64,000 nucleotides of DNA from NCBI GenBank assembly GCA_013416795.1, contig RQSC01000028.1:586043-650042 (forward strand), written 5' to 3'. The notes below the pieces were generated by a model. The model did not search any database and was not told where the DNA came from. It was given only the letters and a program-made list of their open reading frames with translations. The DNA is from Prasinococcaceae sp. CCMP 1430 (Eukaryota; Plantae; Prasinodermophyta). Positions 21,813-32,900 of the stretch are shown piece by piece (positions within the stretch are counted from its first letter, which is position 1; each line of letters begins with the position of its first letter). A program made the position numbers and the translations under genes.

Positions 21813-23402
21813 ATGGCAGCGGCGGCCGCCGAGACGGGCAGCAACGCCTTCGGCGAGGCGTTCGCTGACGCGCTCGCGAGGTCGCTCGTGCCTGGCGACG
21901 CCAATGTGCACGCGATGGTCGCGGCGTTCGGCGCGCCTGCAGCTGCGGCGTCGACCGGCGGCGCGCCGTACGCTCCGTTTGTTGACGCGCACGCGCTCGT
22001 GTCGAGGTAAGCTGCGCCACACTTGCGTGTTCAGATACAGCCTCGTCCCCACGCTCGCTCGCTCCCTCCTCTATCTTCGCACCGCTGACACGCCCGACTG
22101 GCCGCCTCCAGGGGCGTGCTCGGTAGCGGCTCAGCGGCATCGGTGACCCTATGCGCGCTTGGCAACGGCACGGACGCCCCCATGGTGGCGGTCAAGCGGC
22201 TACACGCCGACGCGCGTCGCTCGCGCGAACTTCGCACGTCCCTCGCCGTCGAAGCTGCCGCGTTGCGATCGTTGCTTGGCACGCCGGGTGTTGTGGGCTT
22301 CCTCGGCGTTGCACTTGAGGAACACGTCCCACGTGAGGTCATGGATGGCAGCGAGGTGCAAACGTCGCTAGTTCTCGTCATGGAGGCGTGGGGTGGCGGT
22401 GGCACGCTGCGCTCGCAGATACTGAACTGCATGTCAGGCCGCACCCGCTACTGCGGCGCAGACGCCGCGAGGTGGGCCGCGCAGTCCGCGCGGGCCATTG
22501 CAGACATGCACGCGCGATCGATTGCGCACAGGGACATCAAGCCTGCCAACATTGTGCTCGGAGTACCACCAGGCGCCGATGGAAAGACAAAGAACCTCAG
22601 ATGCAAGTTGACCGACCTCGGGCTCGCGAGGTGCCTGCCCCGAGCTGGCGCTACCGTAGCGCCCGGCACTGCCGGGCAGCACGCCGACCAGACGTGGAGC
22701 GCGAATGCGGATCTTCCCGTGATGGACGGCACGCACCCTTACATCTCGCGGGAAGCGGCAGCTGGCGGCAGCTACGACGCGGCAGCAGCAGACGTTTTCG
22801 CGCTTGGCGTGACGTTGTACGAGCTCTTCGCGATGGACCTACTCGGAGCGGCGCGCGTGGACGTTGCGGACCCCGACTTCCTCGAAAAGTGGCTGCGTGC
22901 CGACAACCCTTGGCGTCCACGGATACCGCGCGAGGTACCTGCGCCCGTGGCAAGCGTCATCCGCAAATGCTGGCTTCCGTCGCCCTCGGAGCGCCCGTCG
23001 GCTGAGGAGGTCGCGCGCGCGCTTCAGGCCTTCTCCTCGTCTGTTGACGCCGGGGAGGTGGAATTTGTTGGCTACCTAGCCCAGCAGCAGCCCTCGTGGC
23101 TCGTCACTGCCGCCAGCGCCGCATTCGCGACGCTCACTTCTTCGAGCACGTGGAGCTACCTCCTGAGCGTGTGCGGGCTCAGCTATTGCCTTCCTGGCGG
23201 GGCGAGCAGCTCCATCAGAGGCTCCATCGGCGCCGATGGTTCCATGCGCTCCACCTACTCGGCTCTGGAGGAAGAGGAGGAGGGAGTGCGTTTCGAAGAC
23301 ATCGGCGATGTCGAGTTTGCCGGGAGGGGCTCGGAGTCAGAGGACGAGCTCGCACCGCTCTCGCCCGCGCGACTCGAGGGAGGCATGCCAAGGGGCTTTT
23401 AA
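21813..23402 (+). CDS. Ser/Thr (TKL-like) protein kinase; intron about 22006-22115
   Basis: LGSGSAASV, VAVKRL, HRDIKPANI, DLGLAR, GTHPYISRE, DVFALGVTLYEL; GTAAG donor. Confidence 0.85.
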
Positions 23403-23464
23403 AAAAAATGCGGAATTGGATTTGTGTCGACTGGGCGCTTGTCCTTGCGCTCGCGCTCGCTTTG

Positions 23465-24656
23465 TCAGTCCTCGCCGAAGAGGGCGTGCGCGAGGGGCGC
23501 GGCCATCAAGCTCACGAGCTCGGCGGGCTTGTCCACGTGAACGTTGTGGCCCGCTCCGCGCAGCAGGTGGTGCGTTGCGTGCGGCGCCGCGACAAGCCTC
23601 GCCACGTCTTCAGGACTCCATCGATCTGCGCAAAGCTCCGCCTGGACGACATGAAAGTCCACACCTGTGCCCGTACCCTCAAGCAGGGGCCAGTAGTCCG
23701 TGTCGAAATAAGAGTCCAGCATCTGCCCTGCGCCCTCGACATCGATGCACCAGCGCAGCGGCGGCGGTCGGGCACGCGCGCCGTCCTTCGCAGGCTCCGC
23801 CCCGCCGCCCGCCGCCCACTCGTCGGCTGGCACGGCCTCGAGCGAGCCGCTCAACCATCGACCAGTCTCCGCGCCAACACCCGCTCCCTCCAGCTCCACC
23901 ACAGCACTCTCGCGCGTGGGAAATGGCCCAGGCACCTTTCGCAGCGTAGAGAGCACCTTCACGGCGTCCCCGGCGAGCGCCGATGCCTTGCCGGGCACGG
24001 CGTCGAGCACCCAAGCCTGGCGCAGCGCGCCCTCGTCGCCGGTGCCGCTCGCACGCTCCTGTGCCTGCGCAGCTGCGTATGCGAGCGTTGCCTTGCCACC
24101 GAGCGAGTGGCCGACGAGCACGCGCGGTGAAGCCCCGAGCGCCGCGAACGTGCGGCCGAAATCGGCGGCAGTCGCTGCCAGGTCGTGCGGTGGCGCCCAG
24201 CCGCCGCCCGAGCGGCCGTGGTTGCGCATGTCGAGCAGCATGCCACGCACGCCGGGATGGGGGAGGCCCGATCGCGCGGCCTCGGTGAGCGCAGCGGCGA
24301 GAGTCGCCTGCGGGGGCGTTGGTGACAGCAAGCGAGGAAACAAGAGGGACGGACGGTCAGCGGGTGCGCAGGTCGGCTGGCACACGCGCGCGCGCGCGAC
24401 CCGGCCGGAGCGCTGCGCACCTTTGCAAATGTGCGCAGGTTGAGGCCGCGTCCGAACACGCCGTGTACGAACGCGACGCACGGCAAGTCCGACTTCGACG
24501 CCGGAGCAGTTGCCCCAGGGGGCACGATGCAGAAGTCGTCCGTCGCGAGCACGCTCTTTGGCGCTGCACCTGCGCTTGCGCCTGCTGCAGCCACTGCAGC
24601 GGCGGCAGCCGCACTTGTCGACGCTATCGCGCGTGCGCGAGCAGCGGCCTTGGCGC
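23465..24656 (-). CDS. ABHD11-like alpha/beta hydrolase; no local ATG, entered through a splice acceptor at 24657
   Basis: FVHGVFGRGLNL, DMRNHGRS, GHSLGGK, AGHNVHVDKP; intron 24420-24308. Confidence 0.85.
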
Positions 24657-24748
24657 CTGCGAGGGGAGGAAGAGGACGAGGAGGATGAAGACTACGATTG
24701 CGCAACGACACCGGAGGAGTCAGACGATGATGGCCTCGGGCTGGACGA

Positions 24749-25687
24749 CTAACAAGCGCGATGACAGCGCACTGCTCTTGCAGCGACCGCCTCTGACGTC
24801 GCCGCCTGTGCCGCCTTCGCCGCCTTCGCCACCTGCGCCGCAGCCTGCACCGCCACAGGCACCGCCTGCTCCTCCTGCGCCGTCTTATCCTCTTGCGCCG
24901 CCTGCGCCTGCGCCGTCAGGGGCGCAGCAGCGGGCGTCGCCTCCTGCGCCGCAGGAGACGCCTCGGCGGGCGCTGCGGCGGGCGCTGCAGCGGGCGCTGC
25001 AGCGGGCGCTGCAGCGGGCGCCTCAGCGGTCGCCTCGGCGGTCGCCTCGGCAGTCGCCTCGGCGGTCGCCTTGGCGGTCGCCTCGGCGGGCTCCTCAACG
25101 GTCGCCTCGGCGGGCTCCTCAACGGTCGCCTCAGCGGGCGCCTCGGCGGGCTCCTCAACGGTCGCCTCGGCGGGCGCCTCGGCGGACGCCTCAGCGGACG
25201 CCTCAGCGGGCGCCTCGGCGGGCGCCTCGTCGGGCGCTTCGTCGGGCGCTTCGTCGGACGCCTGGGCGGGCGCCTGAGCGGGCGCCTCAGCGGGCACCGC
25301 GGCCACTTCGACACCTGTGAGCCACTTCGTTTCGGCGGCCTGCGCGTCCATGATGCGCGCGACGAGCTCCGCCTTACTGCCTCCGACCTTCAGCTTGCGC
25401 TCACGCAGCATGCCCTTCAGTATCCCCACCTTGAGCTTGTAGAGCGACTCGACGGTGTGCTTGGTGGAGTCGGCCGTGGCCGCCGCGCGCACGGCTGCGC
25501 GCGGGGGCGGGCGCGGAGCCGCGGCGTTCGCGCGCGCAAAACCGGGAATTATTTGGGTGTGGTAGAAGGGTTTGTGAGTTTGGAATGGTTTTTTGATGGT
25601 GCCTGCGGCGACCCTTGCGCGGGGCGCGGGGCGCGCGACTGGAGGCGCCACTGCTGGCCGCGCCCGGTGCGGGCGGGGCAGCGCCAC
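24749..25687 (-). CDS. Organelle-targeted SAP-domain protein with an Ala/Glu/Pro 4-aa repeat tract
   Basis: LKVGILKGMLRERKLKVGGSKAELVARI (SAP); 12-nt repeat units encoding AEAP/AEAT/AAAP at about 24960-25290. Confidence 0.7.
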   Translation of the reverse strand: MALPRPHRARPAVAPPVARPAPRARVAAGTIKKPFQTHKPFYHTQIIPGFARANAAAPRPPPRAAVRAAATADSTKHTVESLYKLKVGILKGMLRERKLKVGGSKAELVARIMDAQAAETKWLTGVEVAAVPAEAPAQAPAQASDEAPDEAPDEAPAEAPAEASAEASAEAPAEATVEEPAEAPAEATVEEPAEATVEEPAEATAKATAEATAEATAEATAEAPAAAPAAAPAAAPAAAPAEASPAAQEATPAAAPLTAQAQAAQEDKTAQEEQAVPVAVQAAAQVAKAAKAAQAATSEAVAARAVRCHRAC

Positions 25688-25888
25688 TCACTGCGCCCGA
25701 GGTCTGGCTCGCTGGCAGCAATTTGACCGCTGTTTCGGGCCGAGTTTTCGCACGCGCGCGCACAAACAGCCTCCGCCGGCGCGTCGGGGCTACACTTGGA
25801 TGCGGTGCTCGTTATGCTCAGCGAGCGCCGCAGCGCCGGGGGCAGTGCTGAACGCCTGCTGCACAGCAGCTGAGCGCAGGCGTGGGAA

Positions 25889-26710
25889 CTACTGTCCACT
25901 ACCCCATGCCATGTTCTGCGTCGGGGGCGGAACGTCTACCTTGAAGTGCGCGATCAACGCGTCGACCTTGCGCGAGAGTTCGTCGATCTTGTTGGCGTTC
26001 TCCTCGGCCTTCTTAATCTGCGCGGTGTCGCCGCGAACGCGCTGGCGCTCCCTGAGCAATCCGACGACTTCGTCCACGAGCTCGCTCTCGCCGCCCCATC
26101 CTGGGCACACTGGCTCCCCGAAAGCTCCGCCGCCCACGCCGTCGCAGCCGCAACCGCCTTTGCCGGGCGAGTGCGAGCGCACACGAGTCAGTGAGCGCGA
26201 GTGAGCGCGTCGCGGGCATCGCGTAGGCGCGGGGGCGTTTGCAAGCGCACGCTTGTCAGCGACATGGAATCTGGGCCTTGGCGCGTGCGCGTATGCTCAT
26301 GCGGCGTCGAGCGCCACGTACGCGTGTGCTCGACGCCGGCGAGCTCGCCGTATGGGAGGCGCTTGACCGACGAGCAGCACATGTTCTTGCGCGAGACCAC
26401 CAGCTCCTGCGAGACGCGCGAGTCAGCACGGGCGCACAGCGCACGTTCGCCGCGCTCTCGCGCCCGCTGGCGCGCACGCACGCGCGCATGCACGACTGGA
26501 GCGAGCGCCACGCGCACGGCGTGCCTCAGTCTCGAGGGAGAGCTTCACGGTGTCCCAGAGAATACAGCCAAAACACGGGATGCCGCAGCTAACGAGCGCA
26601 ACCAGGCCCTTGATGATGGGTTCCCAGTTGCTCGTGAGGTCATACTCGCGCACGGGACCGTCGCTCGAGCCCAGCGGCGCCGGGCGTGCCGTCACAACGG
26701 ACTGCTGCAT
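25889..26710 (-). CDS. Small 3-exon hypothetical protein (Cys/Gly motifs, C-terminal coiled coil)
   Basis: Exons encode MQQS...CFGCILWDTVKLSLETE / ELVVSRKNMCCSSVKRLPYGELAGVE / GCGC...CPGWGGESELVDEVVGLLRERQRVRGDTAQIKK; intron-like CG-rich spacers with CTGAC. Confidence 0.55.
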
Positions 26711-26977
26711 GCCGGCGGACGCACTGCGCTCCGGCGCGCTCCGTTCGCGCCGCTGTGGCCGCTGCGGCGCCCGCCGCTGCCGCGCGCATCATCGCCACCA
26801 TCGCCGCTACTGTGGTCTCGCGTGCCGCGCTCGCGCTGTGCCACAGTGGAGGCTCTGGGCTGGAAATTTCAAAGCGCATTCGGTGAAATATGAGAAACTA
26901 CGTAAGTGTATGTGTATCAGATGAAAAATGTTTCACTGCGTTTATTACCATGCCCGGGCTCACGAGAAGCCTCATCG

Positions 26978-29900
26978 TCATTGCAGCGGGTGTCCGCCCT
27001 CGCCACAGTCGACGGTCCTATTCGCAGCGGCGCTGGCGGCTTGCAGCGGGTCGTCAGGCGCCTGCAACGGATCTTGAGCCGCACTGCCATCATCAGCGCC
27101 GCCGCCCGCGGAGCTGGCGGGCGTCGCGGCTCCCTCGGCGGCCTCCTCGGGTGGCGGCGTGTCGGCACGAGTTGCGGTTGTCTGGGGCGTCTCGCCAGGC
27201 ATGTCCTCGCAAGCAGCGTCAGCCGCTTCGGTTGTGGCAAGGTCGGCGCTCCCTGGCTGCACCTCAGCAGCATTCTCCACCGCCTCTTCAGCGGCTCGTC
27301 CCACACGGTCAACAGGGACGGCCCTCGCAGACACATTGGCACGCGCGGCGGTCGCGTCGGCGACATTCTGCAGGGCCGATCGCGCAACATCCTCGGGAGC
27401 CGGCAGCGCGAGCGTGTGGGTGCTTCCTACGAGCGCCGCCGCACCACCCGATTGTTCCCGCGCAGACGCAGGCAGGAACAGCGCGTGATCCGCCCCCGAG
27501 TGTGCAGCCCACACAGCCGACGCCGCCAACTTCTCGCGCACAACATCGGCGAAGGCGCCCTCGGCCGACAATAGGCGGATGACATCCACCGCGAGCGCCC
27601 TGACCACAAGCACGTCTGCCTCGGCCTCGTCCGAGCCCGCACCACCTTCGCCGCCCTCGCCCTCGCTCAGAAGGTCGAGGAGAACTTCGAGCAAACCCGC
27701 GGCGACGCACTGCTGCACGAGCGCGTCGCGTCGCGCGTTCGCCGAAGGGAGAGCGCGCGAGAGCGCCTCAATGGCAAGCGATGCCGCTGCCGTGCCCTTG
27801 CCGATGCACGCTTTCAAGCGCGCGGCAACGCCCGCGCAACCTGCCAGCGCCGAGCGCGCCGAGTCTCCCGATGCCACAAGCTGGTGCACCAGGCGCAGCG
27901 CAGCACCCTCGACGCTCGACATTCTCGCGCTCGTGTCCGTGTCCGTGGGGAGCAGCGCCACAATCCTAGGCACCTTCCCCAGCATTGCGAGGTGCTCTCC
28001 CACAGTGGGGTACGAGCGAATGAGCAGCGTGGCGGCATTCGAGACGAGCACGGCGTTGCTCTCTGTCTCACCACCGACGTCGCTGGCACCCGACATGAGT
28101 GACTCTCCGCGTGCCTCGAAGTAGTCGAGGAGGGCCTCGGCGGTGCGCTTTGAATCGCGCAGCGCGAACGCCGGGTCCTTGACGAATAGGCGCACGAAGA
28201 TGCCACCGACATACAGCTCGCCAGGGATGACGTATGCAGTGCCCACCGCGGCCTCGTATGCTTCGGCGCGCTCACGCTGCGACGCCACCTGGGCAGTGCA
28301 CGCTGCCAGCAGACGCGTGCTCGCGGAACAGGCAAGTTCGCGCGACCAGACTAGCGCGGGTGTCTCGGAACGCGAGGCCAGTGACGAAACAACACCCGTT
28401 TCGTCGTCTCGCAGAGCGTCGACGAGCGCCTGAGGAAGGTGCGCGCGGACCATGGCACACGCACGCTCTCCGTGTACCCTCTCGCGCAACAGCTTGCTTA
28501 GGAGCACCGTGTACGGCTGCATCAGCCTGTCAGGCAGCAACGAATGCTTCGGCCTGTCGGCACTCGCCTGCAATGGCAGTATCGACGCAAGCACGTAAAG
28601 GATGCCGCCGCCGAGCGCACTCTCCTTGGCGACTGTCGCCGAGTCGGCGACGAGCGAGAGGGCATGCGCACTCAGCTCGCGCGCGGCCTCCGTACCCAGC
28701 AAGGTGAGCTGGAAGATGCGGCGCACGATGGGTGCGAGCGCCTGCGGCGCACCCGGCCGCGCGCATGCCGCTGCGACGACCCGGAGTGCCGCCTCGGACG
28801 TACCGACCGCATCTGCCCCTGCCGCAGTGGCCTCTTCGGCTCCGGCCAGCAGCCATGGCTGTAGCATCGAGAGCTTAAGGCTCGCCATGCTCGCTCCGGG
28901 CGACGTCGACGCCACTGCAATCTGTGCGGCATTCAGCGACGCCGAAGCGCGCGCGTGCGCACGCGCATCGCCCGCGTCGGCCTCCACAGCGCAGTTGGAC
29001 GCGTACTCTAATGCCGTACCGGCAAACGCCACAGGATTCGCCAGCGTCGCGGGCTTTTCGTTGTACACACGGACGTACACACCGCCGACGACAAGTTCGT
29101 CCTTGAGCGCATCGAACTTGAACGAAGCGTGCTCCGCCAGGTCATAGCCTTCCTCGCCAGGTTCAACAGCGATAGCCTTGTCGAGGTGCGACTCGAGCTC
29201 GGCGCGCATGCGCGAGTTCCAGAGGATAGTACACGTCTCGATGGACGATGTCAGGATACCCATCACCTCGGTATGCTCGCCACGAGCAAGCAGACGCGCA
29301 ACGCCAGGAGTAAGGAGCGCTGTCACCACGCTCGCGTTGACTTTGGCCTCGGGTGTATTCGCGGCGGCACCGAGGCAGCCACACAGGCGCGCGAGCACCT
29401 CCGAGGCACGAAGCGCGAGCTCGTTGCGATGGCGCTGCACGTTGGTGGGCACCCCAGGGCCCATGCGCGCACTGCCAGCGTCGGCGGGCTTGCCAGTGGC
29501 GGCATCCACTGCGATCACCTGACCAGCCGTACCTGGTGCGGGCGCGCCCGGAGCGACACGCGCGTTGCTAGCCCCTTGATCGAATGAGTTGCGCTGTACA
29601 GGCTTGCTCGGATTGTCTGGTGCATCAGTGTCGTCCGGGCGCGACTTTTCTGTGTCGCCCTCTTCCTTCAGTGTCGCATCGTAGCGAAGCATGAGGACCA
29701 AGCAGCGGAAGATGAGACCCGCGCGTGCAATCGCGCCCTGCATGGCGGGAGCCGCGCAGAGGTTGCCGCAAGTACGCAGCGCTGCATCGCAGCACAGCGG
29801 CGCGTCACCTAGCCGCGTGCAGCGCACCACGTCGCGCACGACTGCGTGCGCCTCAACGTCGAATGCGTCGCGCGCGCTTGCCAGCGCCGCCAATCCCGCC

Positions 29901-32900
29901 AACGTGCGTAAAACGTCAGCACCGATCGCGCAGCGGTGATCCGCATCTGACACGTCCGCGGGCGCGGCTGCCGCCGTACGCGCGAGCAGCGCGCCAAGCG
30001 GAACGACGCCGCCAGCACGGGCGACGGCGTCACCGTTCTGCACGCTCGCCATGCACGTCAGGAGGATGAGCTCCGAGGAGGCGGCTGCGCGTTCGTACAC
30101 ACACGCATGTTGCCGGTCGCCGCTGTCGCCGGCGGTCGACATGTCCCGCGGCGCGGGCACGAGCGCTCCAGGTGGCGCATCTGCTGCGCGCTCGACCTCA
30201 GCCAATAGCAGCGGGAAACCCGCATACATGAAGGGCGCAAGCTCGGTGGGCTGGCGGCGATAACATGCACACTGCGCTCGCAAGAGCAGCACCACGCGCC
30301 AAGGCGCAGCACCCTGCGCGCCCGCCGCGCCCGCGCGCAGCCGGTCGTAGGCCGCGCGCACCGCTCGGAAGCGCGCAAGACCACCTGGATTCTTGTCTGG
30401 ATGATACCGCATTGCCAGGCGGCGGTATGCCCGCTTGAGAAGCGACTCACGTTCGTCCCGAGGCAGTGCGTGCCAATCCTCCTTGAGTTCGAGCTCAGCA
30501 GCTGCATCGGTCTCCGACATGCTCATGGGCTTCTTGGCCAGCTCAGCGCGCCAGGCTGCGAGGAGCGCGCGCACGACATCGACAACATCCTTGATGCGCC
30601 AGCCTGGGAACCGCTCTTCGTCCGCCAGGGAGCGCAGGTAGTACCTGTGGCACCAGACTTCGTCCTCAAGTGCTGGGTAGGTGATCGGCGCGATGGGCGC
30701 ATACTCATACACGGCGCAGTGGTTCTCGGCCAGTGCACGCGGAAAGTCGCCAAGATGCACAGTGAGCTGCGCCACAAGCCTCTCCTCGCGCATTGATCGC
30801 GTCCAAATGAGCTCAGGCGTGTCCGCGTCGGCCGTGAGCGCCTGTGCGAGCGCGGCCGCGCCGTAGGTCTCGGCGATCTGGAGCAAAGACTCGGGCAACA
30901 GGTCGCCCAGGGCGGATCTTGAGGCGAGCGAGCCCTGGGTGTTCGCATGTGCGCCAGCACCCGGTGCGGCGGTACTGTCCTGGCGCATGTGAGAGGCACA
31001 CAAGAGATCCGAGAGTGCGGCCAGGTTGCTACCAGGATATGCCAGCGCGAAGTAGAAGACACCTGTACGATAGAGGCGCACCATGGTCGCCGGATTGTAC
31101 GCAACGACTGCCTTGAGTAGCCTCGCGCTTAGGTCTGCCACGCGCGCGTCGCCGCAAAGCATCGCCTGCGCGACGTGGGCCAAACAGTGCGGAGCACACA
31201 GCGCGCGCTTCGCCTTTGGGATGGGGCGCACGGGATCACCGTCAGCATCGACGCTTGGTGCGGCTGTGACGATGGCGATGAGCGTCTCGAGTGCCGCAGC
31301 GGCCGCTTCCTGTGGGCTAAGCGTACGACGGCCAGCCGCGGCCATCCATCGCAATTCACGAACGTCACGGAGGCGTTGCCAGCCAAGCGCTGTGACAGCA
31401 TCGCCGCGTGCGCGCACGCGAGTGACGCCAGTGGCCTTGCCGTGACTGAACGCTTGGCGTAGCTCAGCACGCGATAGTGGCCCTACACAACTGACGCCGG
31501 CAGGGCAGGACGCGCCCATTTCCCACGGGTTGTACGAGGAGACATCGACGCCTGCATCGTCTGCTATGTAGTACCAAACCTTGAGCGGTTCAACGTGCGC
31601 GGTCGCTGTAAGCAGATTGCTTGCCATAGGCATGAGCGCGCGCTCGCCTGCGCCGTGTGCGCCCGCAACGATGCATGCGAGCACGTCCACGAGGCCTGCA
31701 TCGACCATCGCTCCCGCGTTGGCCTCTACGAGGCTAGCGTTGGGACCGCTCGTCACCAATGCGCGGAAGAGCAGCAACAGCTTGTCGCGCAGCCCTGCGT
31801 CCAGGGTATGATCGATAAGGCGCCCGCAGTGCGGCACGCCCTTGAAAGGCCCAATCGCGCCCGCTTGCTGTGAGTACGCTGCACTCATGGCCTGCACACA
31901 CAAGTGCCGCTTGTCGACTCGCCGGGGAGCACTGTCCCCGAGCGGCGCGACATCCACGTCGGCGAGTTCAAGGAGCTCGCGGTAGGCAGCGTAGAAGAAC
32001 TCCGCCGGCTGGCGTATGAGGCCGAAGGACACCGCGCTTGACAAGCGCGAGCGTTCTGGAGAGCGCACTTGGGATGTCATGCCACCACCGTCCAGGCCGG
32101 CGCCACCACCATCCTCCGGAGACTTCAGGGGTGCCGCATTTTCGATCAAATGGCGCACAAAAGTCCCACAGATTCGAACCTCTTCCTCTAGCGAAGGGTA
32201 CCGCACGTAGAATTCGCGGTGATTCCAGCTCACATGTCCCACAGAGCCTCCGAACGCCGTGCCGCCTGCACCTCCCACTGGTGTCTGGTCGACCGCAGCC
32301 TCCACGGCGGCGCGCGCGCTGTACTCCTCGCGCTGCTGCTCGAGCTCAAGCGTGGCTATCTCGCGGTCGAGTGCGTGGCGCAACTCGGCGCGCGTGACGT
32401 CGTTCCAGACCAGCGAAGGACTCGCCCACGACTGATCAGCAGTCGCCCAGAGGGCATCCCAATTGCAGCGCAGCCGTGATCCCCCATCCCCCGCTGCAGA
32501 GACCTGCTTGCCCACGTTCGCGATCGCGCCCACGCCGCGGCCAGCAACAGACTCCGGGTCAACCCCGCCAACGTCGTCCAGAGCCGCCATCGCAGCAGCA
32601 GAACTGATATGTTTCAGCGCAGAGCGCGGCTCTTGAAGCATCGACAGCAGACCTTCAGGCAGGCATCGGCCAAGCAGCGACATTGCTACCGAGTGCGCGT
32701 CGCACCACAGCGAAACTAGCAAACGACTTTCCTCGCGTCGGTCGGCGCGCTCCTCAAAGAGAGCTGCTCGCAGGTGCACGAGCACGGCACCATCGCACAA
32801 GGCTGCATTTCGAGCTGCTGCACAGCGCTCGCTGTTTCCCTCCTCGGCGAGCGTGCGCATAATGCTCGCTGCCACATGGGATGCGCGTACAGCAGGATGT

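Noticed and set aside
24960-25290. CRISPR-like repeat array
   Set aside because: Contiguous 12-nt coding repeats without unique spacers; eukaryotic context; no cas genes
24893-25726. GRL(G/S)-repeat and PRR-repeat ORFs on the + strand (pentapeptide- or collagen-like look)
   Set aside because: Alternative frames of the 12-nt repeat in the SAP gene linker
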